Source: Mobula hypostoma
Lineage: Eukaryota
Reading direction: 5' to 3'
Assembly (NCBI RefSeq): GCF_963921235.1
Contig: NC_086115.1
Span: 34,038,001 to 34,102,000, forward strand
Length of the DNA: 64,000 nt
Shown here: in pieces, positions 25,037 to 39,657 of the stretch
Layout: each line of letters starts with the position of its first letter
Numbering within the stretch: the first letter of the stretch is position 1
Translations under genes and position numbers: made by a program
Notes under the pieces: generated by a model
What the model was told of the DNA's origin: nothing
The model's input: the letters and a program-made list of their open reading frames with translations, nothing else
Database searches by the model: none

Positions 25037-28000
25037 AGAAACATAGAAACATAGAAAATAGGTGCAAGAGTAAGCCATTTGGCCCTTTGAGCCTGCACCG
25101 CCATTCAGTATGATCATGGCTGATCATCCAACTCAGAACCCTGTACCAGCCTTCCCTCCATACCCCCTGATCCCTTTAGCTACAAGGGCCATATCTAACA
25201 CCCTCTTAAATGTAGCCAATGAACTGGCCTCAACTGTTTCCTGTGGCAGAGAATTCCACAGACTCACCATTCTCTGTGTGAAGAAGATTTTCCTAATCTC
25301 GGTCCTAAAAGGCTTCCCCTTTATCCTCAAACTGTGACCCCTCATTATGGACTTCCCCAACATCGGGAACAATCTTCCTGCATCTAGCCTGTCCAATCCC
25401 TTTAGGATTTTATACGTTTCAATCAGATCCCCCCTCAATCTTCTAAATTCCAACGAGTATAAGCCTAGTTCATCCAGTCTTTCATCATATGAAAGTCCTG
25501 CCATCCCAGGAATCAATCTAGTGAACCTTCTTTGTACTCCCTCTATGGCAAGGATGTCTTTCCTCAGATTAGCTTACCAAAACCGCACACAATACTGCAG
25601 GTGTGGTCTCACCAAGGCCTTGTACAACTGCAGTAGTACCTCCCTGCTCCTGTACTCGAATCCTCTTGCTATAAATGCCAGCATACCATTCGCCTTTTTC
25701 ACCGCCTGCTGTACCTGCATGCCAACTTTCAATGACTGGTGTATAATGACACCCAGGTCTCATTGCACCTTCCCTTTTCCTAATCGGCCACCATTTATAT
25801 AATAATCTGTTCTCCTGTTTTTGCCACCAAAGTGGATAACTTCACATTTATCCACATTAAATTGCATCTGCCATGAATTTGCCAACTCACCTAACCTATC
25901 CAAGTCACCCTGCATCCTCTTAGCATCCTCCGCACAGCTAACACTGCCGCCCAGCTTCGTGTCATCCGCAAACTTGGAGATGCTGCATTTAATTCCCTCA
26001 TCCAAGTCATTAATATATATTGTAAACAACTGGGGTCCCAGCACTGAGCCTTGCGGTACCCCACTAGTCACTGCCTGCCATTCTGAAAAGGTCCCATTTA
26101 TTCCCACTCTTTGCTTCCTGTCTGCCAACCAATTTTCTATCCACATCAATACCTTACCCCCAATACCGTGTGCTTTAAGTTTGCACACTAATCTCCTGTG
26201 TGGGACCTTGTCAAAAGCCTTTTGAAAATCCAAATATATCACATCCACTGGTTCTCCCCTACTCTACTAGTTACATCCTCAAAAAATTCTATGAGATTCG
26301 TCACACATGATTTTCCTTTCTCAAATCCATGCTGACTTTGTCCGATCATTTCACCGCTTTCCAAATGCGCTGTTATCACATCTTTGATAACTGACTCTAG
26401 CAGTTTCCCCACCACCGATGTTAGGCTAACCGGTCTATTATTCCCCGGTTTCTCTCTCCCTCCTTTTTTAAAAAGTGGGGTTACATTAGCACCCTCCAAT
26501 CCTCAGGAATTAGTCCAGAATCTAAAGAGTTTTGAAAAAGTATCACCAATGCATCCACTACTTCTTGGGCTACTTCCTTAAGCACTCTGGGATGCAGACC
26601 ATCTGGCCCTGGGGATTTATCTGCCTTTAATCCCTTCAATTTACCTAACACCACTTCCCTACTAACATGTATTTCCCTTAGTTCCTCCACCTCACTGGAC
26701 CCTCTGTCCCCTACTATTTCTGGAAGATTATTTATGTCCTCCTTAGTGAAGACAGAACCAAAGTAATTATTCAATTGGTCTGCCATGTCCTTGCTCCCAA
26801 TAATCAATTCACCTGTTTCTGTCTGTAGGGGACCTACATTTGTCTTTACCAGTCTTTTCCTTTTTACATATCTATAAAAGCTTTTACAGTCAGTTTTTAT
26901 GTTCCTTGCCAGTTTTCTCTCATAATCTTTTTTCCCCTTTCTAATTAAGCCCTTTGTCCTCCTCTGCTGAACTCTGAATTTCTCACAGTCCTCAGGTGAG
27001 CCACTTTTTCTGGCTAATTTGTATGCTTCTTCTTTGGAATTGATATTATCTCTAATTTCTCTTGTCAGCCATGGGTGCACTACCTTCCTTGATTTATTCT
27101 TTTGCCAAACTGGGATGAACAATTGTTGTAGTTCATCCATGCAACCTTTAAATGCTTGCCATTGCATATCCACCGTCAACCCTTTAAGAGTCATTTGCCA
27201 GTCTATCTCAGCTAATTCACGTCTCATACCTTCAAAGTTACCCTTCTTTAAGTTCAGAACCTTTGTTTCTGAATTAACTATATCACTCTCCATCTTAATG
27301 AAGAATTCCACCATATTATGGTCACTCTTACCCAAGGGGCCTCTCACGACAAGATTGCTAATTAACCCTTCCTCATTGCTCAATACCCAGTCTAGAATAG
27401 CCTGCTCTCTAGTCGGTTCCTCGACATGTTGGTTCAAAAAACCATCCCGCATACATTCCAAGAAATCCTCTTCCTCAGCACCCTTACCAATTTGGTTCAC
27501 CCAATCTACATGTAGATTGAAGTTACCCATTATAACTGCTGTTCCTTTATTGCACACATTTCTAATTTCCTGTTTAATACCATCCCCAACCTCACTACTA
27601 CTGTTAGGTGGCCTGTACACAACTCCCACCAGCGTTTTCTGCCCCTTAGTGTTATGCAGCTCTTCCTATATCGATTCCACATCCTCCCGGCTTATGTCCT
27701 TCCTTTCTATTGTGTTAATCTCCTCTCTAACCAGCAACGCCACCCCACCTCCTTTTCTTTCATGTCTATCCCTCCTGAATATTGAATATCCCTGAATGTT
27801 GAGCTCCCATCCTTGGTCACCCTGGAGCCATGTCTCTGTGATCCCAACTATATCATATTCATTAATAACAATCTGCACTTTTAATTCATCCACCTTGTTA
27901 CGAATGCTCCTTGCATTGACACACAAAGCCTTCAGGCGCGCTTTTACGACTCTCTTAGCCCTTATACAATTATGTTGAAAAGTGGCCCTTTTTAATGCTT

Positions 28001-28360
28001 GCCCTGGATTTGTCAGCCTGCCACTTTTACTTTTCACCTTACTACTTTTTGCTTCTACCCTCATTTTACACTCCTCTGTCTCTCTGCACTGGTTCCCATC
28101 CCCCTGTTGTGGACTAAGCTCCTCTCGCCTTGGCTCTTTAATTTGATTCCCACCCCCCCAACCATTCTAGTTTAATGTCACCTCAGTAGCCCTCACTAAT
28201 CTCCCTGCCAGGATATTGGTCCCCCTAGGATTCAAGTGTAACCCGTCCTTTTTGTACAGCTCACGCCTGCACCAAAAGAGGTCCCAATGATCCAAAAACT
28301 TGAATCCCTGCCCCCTGCTCCAATCCCTCAGCCACACATTTATCCTCCACCTCATTGCAT
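25037..28360 (-). mobile_element. Young CR1 LINE (end of ORF1 + near-complete ORF2 with a few lesions)
   Basis: EN (GITETW, SDH), RT (GVPQGSVLGP, FADD) and an (ATAGAAAC)n tail. Flanked by TCCAT at 25032-25036 and 28361-28365. Confidence 0.93.
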
Positions 28361-28365
28361 TCCAT

Positions 28366-29560
28366 GACAGAGGTTACAGGGTTACCAAGGGAGCATAAAA
28401 GATGTTGCGCTCATCTGGAATTTCAACAGCACAGCAATTCACAATGTTAGGTTACACTTTGTAGCAGGTACTGTCTTCAAACCCTGTCAGAACTGATGTG
28501 CATCCATTTCTGTTTCTAACTTTAATGGTAATTTTTGTTTCACTCTTAAATAGCCTTCCATAGGTCATAAGTAGATTTTTTGCATAGTTCTGGATCACTG
28601 GTCTTGATTGCCACATATTTAGCCCTCAGCAGACTATGAATCCCCTGGTTCATACACAGTATTTGAATTAGATATGTTCTCAAAGGCACACACTCATCCA
28701 CAGAGGGGAAGTTGGTAACAAGTGTGGTATTTTCATTCCTGAATATTGTCCAGTCCACTGACTCAAAGCAGTCCTGTAAATAACTGTGCCTTTATTGACC
28801 ATACTTTCTTGGTCTTCACCACTGGTGCTGCGGTCTTTAGTCTCTGCCTATATGCTGGGTGTAGAAGGATAGCCAGATGATTGGACTTTCCAAAGTGTGG
28901 GGATGTAAAAGCCGTCTTGATGGTAATATAACATTGGTCAAGTTTTGTTGGCTCCTCCACATCCATAGGTAATATGTTGGTTGTATTTGTTCTGAGACCT
29001 CTTCAAGCTGGCCTGGCTGAAATCCCCAACAATGACAGGGAAGGCACCAGGGTGTGCTGCTTTGTGACTGCTGATCATGATGCTTAGGTCCTCCAGTTCC
29101 TGCCCGATGTTGGCCAGAGGTGGAATGTACACCGCTACCAGGGTGATATAGGAATATTCCCTCGGCAGATAAAATGAACAACACTTGACAGCTAGATGTT
29201 CCAGGTTTGTGTGGGGAAGGCGGGAACAGAATAGTCATGTATATATACCACAATGAGTTAATCATAAAGCATACACCCCCTCCTCTACTTTTAAAAGACT
29301 CAACCGACATATCTTTACAGAGAACAATGAAGCCATCTGGCTGCAGCAATGCTTTCAAAATGGCGGTTGTGAAACATGTTTACATGAAGCAAAGTATACA
29401 GCACTCACCAATGTCCCTCTGATCCCATTCTGAAGTCTTCAATTTTACTTTCCAGAGATTGAACATTTGCCAGCAGGATGGCCAGGAGTGGGAGATTATA
29501 GGCCTCTACATTTCAATCTTAACTGTGGGCGAGCAGGCCTTCCCCACTTCTATTTTCATA
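28366..29560 (-). mobile_element. Rex1/Babar-like LINE, 5' part (endonuclease region)
   Basis: SRGGGVCFMIN, YIPP, IVGDF and PHFGKSNH motifs. Joins 25036 to read PVTSVMEADIR. Confidence 0.8.
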
Positions 29561-32500
29561 AAGAGGAACTGCACTCACAACCTGAGTCTGACAAATGGAG
29601 TCCATTGATTTTGAGGATTGATATATTTTTCAACACGTCTTAAAATGATGTTGCTTACTGAAGTAGCCATGGCTGTGACTGGAGAATTCAGCTGTATTTA
29701 TCCGAAATGGGAATATTTGATGATTCCCGTTGGAGCAGCACATAAAGAGTCACCACTTATCAGCACCATTTTAGTACCTGTTACTGCCTGACCCAATTTC
29801 CCATTTTTTTCTGTGAGGTGGTCATTGTTAGATATGCACTGGTTCAGCAGGCCAGCAAGAAATAAACAGAATATTTCTAGATACAACTACTGGCAATATG
29901 CAAAACTATTTTTGAAGTTAGATGAATATGCACATCTTGCAGAATCTCAGGGCAACTCTTTTCCAAGAAAAATGAGGTTGGAAAGACAAAGAAGCTACAA
30001 ACTGTGTGCCCAATTGAAAAAGGAAGAAATGAAATATGACCACAACATGCTTGATTGCAGCATTAAGCTCTCACACCCAGACTTAGCAAAATTATTGCAT
30101 AATTTTGTTGCCTTTCTTTGTTACAAGCAGCATGTATAATGAGATTGAATTGAAATTGATCAGTGTTGTGGGAGATACTGTATACAGTTTTGGTAGTAAC
30201 CCGGTGATCTGCTGTGCCTGAAGAAACTTGGTGTTAAGATTTTGCGGGAACCATTGGATTTGTGAGGAATCACTTTCACTAAAAACTGAGCAGAATCATG
30301 CAGATGTGTAAATTGATCACACTGAACAAAGCAGGGGGCAGAATTGTGGAAATTAGTGCAAGTTTATTCCTGCTAACCTGCTGAGTTCCTCCAGCATTTT
30401 GTGTGTATGCCAAACATGTAGTTTTAAAGTACAGGCTCACGTGAGATAGGTTCGTGTGCAGAATGAGTCAAGTTATGATTCAGGTTTATTGTTCTTTTTG
30501 TGTATGCATGCCTATGATTAAGAAATACTACAAATGTTAGCTGTCTAGCAGCAGCACAGTGGATTACAAATATGATAAAACATTAATTAACATAATCTTA
30601 AAATAACATGTTATTTATAATTTACATGATAAGATAAACATAAACATAGAAGATAAATAATCAATGGATTTAGAGGCAGTTGTTATCAGGGCTGAATCTC
30701 CATCTTTGTAAAAAGTCCTGAAAATGCAATCAGAGGAATTGGAAAATAAAATATTCAAGAATTACAGGTGAATTTTTTGTGTTGTGTGTCCTTGCGTGCA
30801 TAGGGACCAGGTGCAGCTCACGCTGCCACGAAGCAAACACAAAGTCACTTTAAAATGTAAACAATGATGTCATATTCTGCCCGATTAGTTTACAAGTTAA
30901 TGGTGTGATCATTAACTTCTCTAATTTCCAGTAGACTGCTCCCTCGCTGTCCCTTTTTTCTGTCCTGATCTACCCAGTTCCTCCGACTCACACAAACTAA
31001 ACCCCCTTCATCCTGATTCTTTCCCAACCCAGACCCACTCCATCTGCCCATTTCCCACATATTCCTTCCTCGAAATCCCTCCTGCCACAGATCTAAATTG
31101 CACTTCCCCGTTCCTCGCCTGATTCCACTTTCTCCTCCTATCAGACTGAATTTCAAGTTCAAGTTTATTTTTATGTTGTTGGCATGCTGTACATGCACAC
31201 AGTATGGATGCCATGAAGTCAAGCTTTTTGCAGCAGCAAGGTACATGAAATCCATGATGAACAGACTTAACATAAACTTAGCTTAATATAAAATATACGT
31301 AACGTACACATCCTCCTCCTCTTCTTCTTCAATTAAATCTTCAATAATTTAGAGCTCCACTGGGAAGTTAGTTATCTCGATTTCCACACTCTCAGAACAT
31401 GCTACCTTTAAAAATGGGCTTCCAAATCTTTCAGCAACACAAACAACCAGAAGCATAGATAACAAAGAGTGAAGAAACTGCTGATCAAACCAGATCATCA
31501 GAACTTGAAGGGAGAGTTTCTTCTCCTCCTTGTTACCCAGCAATCCCAACCATCTGATCAACTCCAATCCACCATAAAGAAAGAGCAGTTTATCTGTTGG
31601 GGGAATTAGATGTCAAATCATCATTTTCCTCAATCCCCAAAAGAAAAGACCTTGTCTCTGTTTATATAGCATTGTCCTCAAATTCAGGATGTCCCAAATG
31701 CAGCCAGTTCTTTATTCTGATATGAAATCTGTAAGTTTGTCAGCTTTGCAAAGTAGCAAATGCAATACAGATTTTGCACTCGTCTGGTCCAGACTTTTAC
31801 TGGCTGCTCTCATCTCAGTGTCACTTCCACTCTCTAAGTTTGGTGGTAAATCTCAGTTTCACATTCACTTCATTTCCGAGTTTTGTTCTTCCTGATTCTT
31901 AATCCTGTAGGTACTAACTTCTTCTGCTTGATTCCCAAACCTGAAGTCTCAAAATTCATAATGGAGCTCAATCCTCAATCTCTTTCTCAGATTGAGCTCC
32001 TTTTCACAGTTTCATTTGTCATTTACATCCAGTCTTGGTTGGGTATCATTGGTAAAAGTGAATACTGCACCATCCTCATGGAAATGGATCTGTCCAGCAC
32101 TGGGGTTCAATAGGTTCAATAGCTACATTTAATGTCAGAGAAATGGATACAATATACACCTGAGAGTCTGTTGTGTCACTTTTTCCGAGCTCTGCACCCA
32201 GAGAGTCGGCCCCAGAAAGGCTCAGGTCTCTGGACTCACAGTACACATCCACTAACCCGCTGGTCCAGATGTTCCATGTTCTCCCGCGAGGTCTCAGTCA
32301 GGTGCACCAGCCTAGAATCAGCCTGTCTCCAGAGCCATGAAAACCCGGCACCCTGAAGGTGCACTAGTCTTCCAGGCCGTGTCCTTGGGATATCAAAAAA
32401 ACGGCAGGTCTTGAGGTCCTGGGAGTGGGTCACATTCCCAGAAAGAACTGAAGTCAGAGTGTAACTCCAAGTCAGGGTCTTCAAAGGAGACTTGAAAAGG

Positions 32501-32639
32501 GAATAAAAGAGATATCAAAGATAGAAATAGAGCTGTTTCCAAAGATGCAAGTAAAGGAGTCGCCATTTAGCACCACCATAATTTCACTCCTCCCCTTCGA
32601 ATCCACCATCGTGTTATGTAGAATTGTGGACCTGGTAAA

Positions 32640-35600
32640 GACCATAGACAATAAAACATAGGTGCAGAATTAGCCCATTTATCCCATTGAGTCCACTCCA
32701 CCATTACATCATGGCTGATCCCGGATCAGATTTAACCCCATACACCTGTCCTCTCACCATATCCCTTGATGCCCCGACCAATCAGGAATCCATTCACCTC
32801 CGCTTTAAATATACCCGCAGACTTGGTCTCTACTGCAGTCTGTGGTAATGCATTCCACAGATCCTCCACTCTTTCTCTCCTTACTTCTGTTCTGAAAGGT
32901 CACCCCTCAATTTTGAGGCTGTGTCCTTTAGTTCTGGATATTCTCACCAGAGGAAACATCCTCTGCACATCCAACTTATCTAGACTTTTCAGTGAGATAG
33001 GTTTTGATGAGGTCCCCCTGCATTCTTCTAAATTCCAGTGAATACAGGCTCAAAGCTGCCAAACACTCCTCATATGTTAACTCCTTCATTCCTGGAATCA
33101 CTCTTGTGAACCTCCTCTGGACTCTCTCCAATGACAATACATCTACATCTTTTCTGAGATATGGGATCCAAAACTGTTGACAATAGTCCAAGTGTGGCCT
33201 TACCAGTATCTTAGAAAGCTTTAGCATCATCTCCTTGCTTTTATATTCTATTCCCCTTGAAATAAATGCCAACATTGCATTTGCCTTCTTTACCACAGGC
33301 TCAACCTGTGAATTAACCTTCTGGGCGTCTTGCATGAGGACTTCTAAGTCCCTTTGCACCTCTGATGTTTGAATTTTCTCCCCATTTTGATAAGAATCTC
33401 CACTATTGTTCCTTTTACTAAAATGCATTATTATACATTTCCCAACACTGTATTCAATCTGCCACTTTTTTGCCCATTCTTCCAATTTGTCTAAGCCCTG
33501 TTGCAATCGCATTGCTTCCTCAGCACTACCTACTCAAACCCATCTTTGTATCATCCGCAACCTTTGCCACAAAGCCATCAATTCCACTATCTAAATCATT
33601 GACAAGCGATGTGAAAAGTAGAGGTCCTGATACTGACCCCTGAGGAACACCACTAGTCACTGGCAGCCAAACAGAAAAGGCCCCCTTTATTCCCACTCAC
33701 TGCCTCCAGCCCATCAACCATTCCTCTATCCATGCCATTATATTTCCTGTGGTACCATAACATTTTATCTTGTTAAACAGCATCATGAGAAGCACCTTAT
33801 CAAACGCCTTCTGAAAATACAAGTAAATGACATCCACTGCCTTTCCTTTGTCCACTATGCTTGTTACTTCCTCGAAGATTTGTCAGATTTGTCAGATTTG
33901 TCAGGCAAGATAGCCTTTACAGAAACTGTGCTGACTTTGACTTATTTTATCATTCGTCTCCAAGTACCCCAAAACCTTGGCTTTAATAATGGACTCCCAA
34001 CACTTTCCCAACCACTGAGGTTGGGATAGCTGGCCTATAATTTCCTTCCTTTTGTCTTCCTCCCTTCTCGAGGAGTGGAGAGACACTTGCAATTTTCCAG
34101 TCCTCTGGGACTAAGCCAGAATCAAGTGACTCTTGAAAGATCATGACCAATGTATCTGTTATCTGTTCAGCAACCTCTTTCAGGAATGTGGGATGTAGTA
34201 CATCTGGTCCAGTAAACTTAACCATCTTAAGACCTTTCAGATTTACTAGCACTTTTTCCTTTGTAATAGCAAAGGCACTTAATCCAACTCTCTGACACTC
34301 ACAGACCGCTAGCATACAGCTATACCTTCCACAGTAAAAGACTGAAGCAAAATACTTAATAAATTCATTTGCCATTTCTTTGTCTCCCATTACTACCTCA
34401 CCAGCATCATTTTCCAGTGGTCCAATATCAACTCTCAACTCCCTTTTATTCTTTATATAACTGAAAAAAAAATTAGTATTCTGCTTTATATGATCAGCTT
34501 GTTTGTCTACATATTTCATCATTTCCCTTCTTATAGCTTGTTTAATTGCCTTTTTCTGGGTTGTAAAAGCTTGCCAATTATTCAACTTCCCACTCACTTT
34601 TGCTACCTTATACACCCTTTCCTTGCCTTTTATGCAGTCTTTAACTTCCCTTGTCAGCCATGGCTGCCGAGCTCTGCTGTTTGAGAACCTCTTCTGTGGG
34701 ACATATCTATCCTGAACTATTCCCAGAAACTTCAGCCACCTCTGTTCTGACGTTATCCCCACCAGTATCCCACTCCAATCCATCTGGGCAATCTCCTCTC
34801 TCATGCCTCTGTAAATCGCTTTATTCTATTGTAATGTTGATACATGTGACTTATGCTTCTCCCTCTCAAATTGCAGTATGAATTCAATCATTTGTGATGA
34901 CTGCCTCCTAAGGGTTCCTTTATGTTAAGTTGACTAATAAGATCTGGGTTATTACAAAATGCCCAATCCTAAGATAACCTTTCCCCTTATAGGCTTAAGT
35001 ACAAGTTGCTCTAAAAGCCACCTCATAAGCATTCAATAAACTCACTTTTTTGTGATTCAACACCAGCCTGATTTTCCCAATCCCTTTGCATACTGAAGTC
35101 CCCCATTACAATTGTGTCTTTACCCTTATTACATGCCTTTTCCAGCTCCCTTTGCAATCTCAACTCCACATGTTGGCTACTACTTGGAAGCTTATATATG
35201 ATTCCCATTATGGCACTATTTTACCCTTGCAGTTTTTTAACCCTACCCACAAATATTTGACATTCTCTGACCCCATGTCATCTCTTTCTAAAGATGTAAT
35301 TCCATCTCTTACCAACTGAGCCACGCTGCTGCCTATGCCTTCCTGCCTCTCCTTTCAATACAAAGTATATCCTCTGATGTTAAACTCCCAACTGTGGCCA
35401 TCTTTCAGCCACGACTCAGTGATGCCCACAACGTCATACCGACCATTCTCTAAATACGCCACTGGTTTGTCCACCTGATTCCTAACGCTACGTACATTCA
35501 GATATATCACCACCAGTCCTGTATTCTTCATCCTTATGGATTTTGCCTCTGTGGTACAATTTAACTCTTTGCTCTGTCTGTAGTTGTACTGAATGATTGG

Positions 35601-35680
35601 CTTGTTCATCATTTACTGCTGCTCATCCTCAGCTCTGTCATACTGGTTCCCACCCCGCTGCCGTATTAGTTTAAACACTC
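32640..35680 (-). mobile_element. Degenerate CR1 LINE (ORF2, full length)
   Basis: EN (GITESW), RT and C-terminal fragments in successive ORFs; CR1 3' tail at ~32640. Confidence 0.88.
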
Positions 35681-35699
35681 CCTCCCAACAGCTCTAGCT

Positions 35700-36480
35700 C
35701 TAAATTGGAATGACTCTGAACAGAACAGGCAGCTCTGTACTAGATGTCCATGAGGTGCTGTGACTCATTATCAGCAGCAGGAATCTGCAATAGGCAGAGC
35801 AGACATTACACTAATGGATCAGACCTACTCAATCTTGTCATCAAAGGTGGAGGGTGATAAATCTACTAACAGGAGTGGGAATCTCCGAGAATTCCCAACC
35901 TCGCTGACAGCAGAGTTGGAATGGCAATGCTTAAAAAAGGGATAAAAAAATATTCACAGCCATGTCCAGCAAGAAGTGCCAAATCAGCGATCCATCTCAG
36001 CTTCCAGTTGGGACTCTCAGCACCATGGAATCTTGCCTCCAAGCAATTCAATTCATTCTATATCATGACAAGTGACAACTGAGTACAACGGACACAGCAA
36101 AAACCATGGGACCGGACAACATCCCTTTGAAGACCTGTTCCCTAGAATCAATTATGCCTCTATTCAAGCTATTACAGTTCAGGAACAATATGCAATGTGG
36201 AAAATTGCACAGATATATTGTGTTTTCCTAAACAGTCCATATCCTTGGGATCATTATTGCCTCGAATATTGTAGATTAGGACAGAGTGGGACAGAGTGGT
36301 ACCCAGTGGTAAGTGACTCATCATCTGACACCCCAAAGCCATTCTGCCATTGCAGGGAACAAATAAGGGCCTTGATGAAATGACTTCCATTTGTCATTTG
36401 GGTGCAGCTAGAACACCTCTCAAGAAATTTGACTCTGAACAGCTTTAATCAGCTCTCTTTATTGGCACCAGATCACTGCA
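35700..36480 (-). mobile_element. Old non-LTR RT relic (RTE-like)
   Basis: Only ADLALLA and PLGTTLS resemble RT motifs; heavily decayed. Confidence 0.3.
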
Positions 36481-38139
36481 CTAAACATTTACTTCCTCAA
36501 TCTCACACTCTGTATATGCTCCCTTTCCCCTTTCATCACATCCTTCTTCTGATGTCAGCCCAGCCCTAATTTCAGAGACCACCCACTTCTTTATTGTCAT
36601 TCAATCATACGCATGTATACAGCTAAATGAAACATTGTTCCTCTGGGGTCAAATTGCAAAACACAGTTCATATAGTCATGCAGACAACATATAGTTGTGA
36701 TCCAGCACACAGAGTCACAAGATAATATTAGCGCAAGTCCTTGAGAGACATGGCCTGATGATTGAAAGGTTGGTGTAAGATACAAGGTGCATAATTATGT
36801 AAGACTGTATAATGTGAATAACACTATTATAGTTTTAAAAAACAATAAAAGATTCCTCCTTGGCTTTAGAGAAGAGCTCAGTGTCAGAGGAACCATGCTC
36901 CTGACTCCTGCCAGCTCCACTCCTTGTCTTCACTGTCCGGTGCATTAGAGCTGATGACCTCTCTGAAACATAGCTGTTTGAGAAGTTGGAGATTTGTGGA
37001 TGAAATGGAAACATTGTAGAAGAGCTGCAGATTTAAATCCCGGATGTCTTATACTACTTGAAGTGCTCCCTGACAGTGACATATACAGTACGAGGGGATA
37101 TTGGCCATTCGGACCAAAATGTCTGCTCTAACATTCCATCCGGGCGGATTTATTATTCCTCTCAACCCAGTTTCCTGCTTTCTCCCCATGTCATTCCATG
37201 CCCTTACTGATCAAGAACTTATCAACCACTACTTTAAATATAATCAATGTCTTGGCCTCCACTGCCATCTGATGCAATGAATTCCACAGACTCACCACCC
37301 TCTGGCTAACGAAATTCCTCCTTTCTCTGTTCTAATTGGATGACCCTCTACTCTGTAGCTGTGTCTGTCAGGGAGTATTCTAGAGTTATGTGAGTAAGGC
37401 AGATGTTAATTCAGGTGAGAACCAGTCTTCATTTCTTCATGTGAGTTGCAAACTGAAAGCAGTAAATTGACATTAAAAGCACCCTTTGCACCTTCTGTGG
37501 TGCATAGGCCGCCCATAAATGAAGCAAAATCGTTTCCAAGATACTGACTGTGAGACGTTTGCATATGCATCAGCCAAATGTTAAAACAATGGGGTGGTGC
37601 TCATTGGCCTGCAGCCATCCAGGCAGCTCTGGGCTTAAACACAAGAGAAGCTATACATGCTGGAAATCCAGGGAGCACACACAAAATGCTGGAGGAATTT
37701 AACAGATCAGGCAGCATGTATGGAAATGAATAAGCAGTGGATTTTTCAGGCCGAGACCTTTTATCATGCCCCCCCCACTTCAGGACTCAGTAGGAGTTAA
37801 GTAATTTGCCCCATTGTAAATGGGTTCAAGTAAGGTTGCAATTCGCAAAGATATTTGCATATTCAGAATTCTCGCGCTATAGATATGTAATTCAAAGGAA
37901 GCATTGTCAATCCAAAATATTGAAGCAACTGATGTAATAGTATCTGTTGAAACTGCAATGAAACACCACTGTTACATTTGATCTTAAGGGTGTAAAAATG
38001 TGATGTATCTTTGGGTTTGTGAGCCCCTACCGAGAGTGACTCCAGAATGATTTTGGCTTCTTGTGCTGAACAACGAATTCTATACCACCAGCTTCAGTGT
38101 TTCTCTGGTCACTTTGATCACATTCACAATCGTGCCCTC

Positions 38140-39448
38140 TTGTCCGTGACTCCCCTACTATAGGAAGCTTTCCCCCTACATCCGATCCATCCTGACCTTT
38201 CAGTATTGGATAGGTTTCAATGAGATCCCCCTACCTATCAACTAAACTGCAGTGGGTAGAGGCCCAGGGCCATCAAAAGCTCCACATAGGTTAACCCTTT
38301 AATGCCTGGAATCATTCTCATGAACCTCCTTTGGAGACTCTCCAATGCCAGCATATATTTTCTTAGATAAAAGGCACAATACTGCTCACAATTCTCCAAG
38401 TGTGGTCAGACCAATGCTTTATAAAAGCATTAGCATTACGTACAGTACTTGCTTTAGCATTTTAGTCCCTTTGAAATGAATATTAACATTGCATTTGCCC
38501 TCCTCACCACCGTCTCAACCTGCAAGTTAACCTTTAGGGAATCCTACACAAGGACTCACAAAACCCTTTACTACTCAGATTTTTGAATTTTCTCCCCACT
38601 TAGAAAATAGTATACGTGACCATAACTTCCCTACACTATATTCCATCTGCTACTTCTTTGTCCATTCTTCCAATCTGACTCAGTCCTTCCACAGACTCCC
38701 CGCTTTCTGATCTCAATTTGCCTCTCTACCGATCTCCAGATCATCTGAAAACATGGCTACAAAGCCATCAATTCTGTCATCAAATCATTGTGAACAGAGC
38801 ACCACTACTCACTGGCACCCAACCAGAAAAGGTCTGATTTCATCCCAGACTTTGCCTCTTTCCAGTCAACCAATCTAATGTATGTCCATGCTAGAAACTT
38901 TCCTGCAATACCATGGTTCCTTTTCTTGTTAAGCTGCCTCATGTGCAGTACCTTGTCAAAGGATTTCTGAAAATCCAAGTAAACAGTATCCATTGACTTT
39001 GCCTATCCTGCCTGTTATTTCTTCAAAGATTTCCAACAGACTTGTCATGCAGGTTTTCCCCTTAAAGAAACCATGCTGACTTTGACCTATTTCATCATGT
39101 GCCTCCAGGTACACTGAAACATCATCATTAATAGTGGATTCCAACATCTTCTCAATCACTGAATCCAGGCTAACTGGCCTATAATTTCTTTTCTTCTGCC
39201 TCCCTTCATTCTTAAAGAGTGGAATGATATTTGCAAATTTCCAGTCCTCCAGAACTATTCCAGAATCTAGTGATTCTTGAAAGATCACAACGTAGGCCTG
39301 CACTATTGCTTCGTCTAGTTCTTTCAGAGCCCTGGAGTGTAATCCACCTTGTCCAGGTGACTTATCTATCTTCAGACCTTCCAGCTTCCCAAGCACCTTC
39401 TCCTTAGTAATAGAAAATAGACTCGCTTCTGCCCCCTGACATTCTCAA
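38140..39448 (-). mobile_element. 5'-truncated CR1 immediately upstream of the gene C promoter
   Basis: DKSPG..GLH, NYRPVSL, SQHGF and YLDFQK motifs. Confidence 0.88.
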
Positions 39449-39505
39449 CATGGAAAATTCTTCATGACACAAACAATTTCCAGGGAGAAAACATCCGGCT
39501 TCTTC

Positions 39506-39577
39506 AGCTTTGCTTTCTTCATCCACTTTGAGACAAATATTTTGATAGATTTTAGCTCCACCCGGACACTATATAAA
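39506..39577 (+). promoter_or_regulatory. Gene C promoter: degenerate ISRE (AGCTTTGCTTTCT, 39506-39518) and TATATAAA (39570-39577)
   Basis: Positionally homologous to the ISRE and TATA box of gene A. Confidence 0.65.
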
Positions 39578-39652
39578 CAACTAGAACAACACTTTGCAGA
39601 GTTACTCAGCTAACCAGCCATCTGAGGTGCAGCTGGAATTCTGCACAGCATC

Positions 39653-39657
39653 ATGAG
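39653..39657 (+). CDS. IFIT: IFIT gene C, coding exon 1 (ATGAG)
   Basis: cagcatcATGAG|gtgagt. The phase-2 join to 42002 reads M-S-N-T-P-G-D-V-L-K. The intron start is homologous to that of gene A. Confidence 0.87.

Noticed and set aside
33876-33904. (AGATTTGTC)3 repeat
   Set aside because: Local slippage inside a dead CR1.
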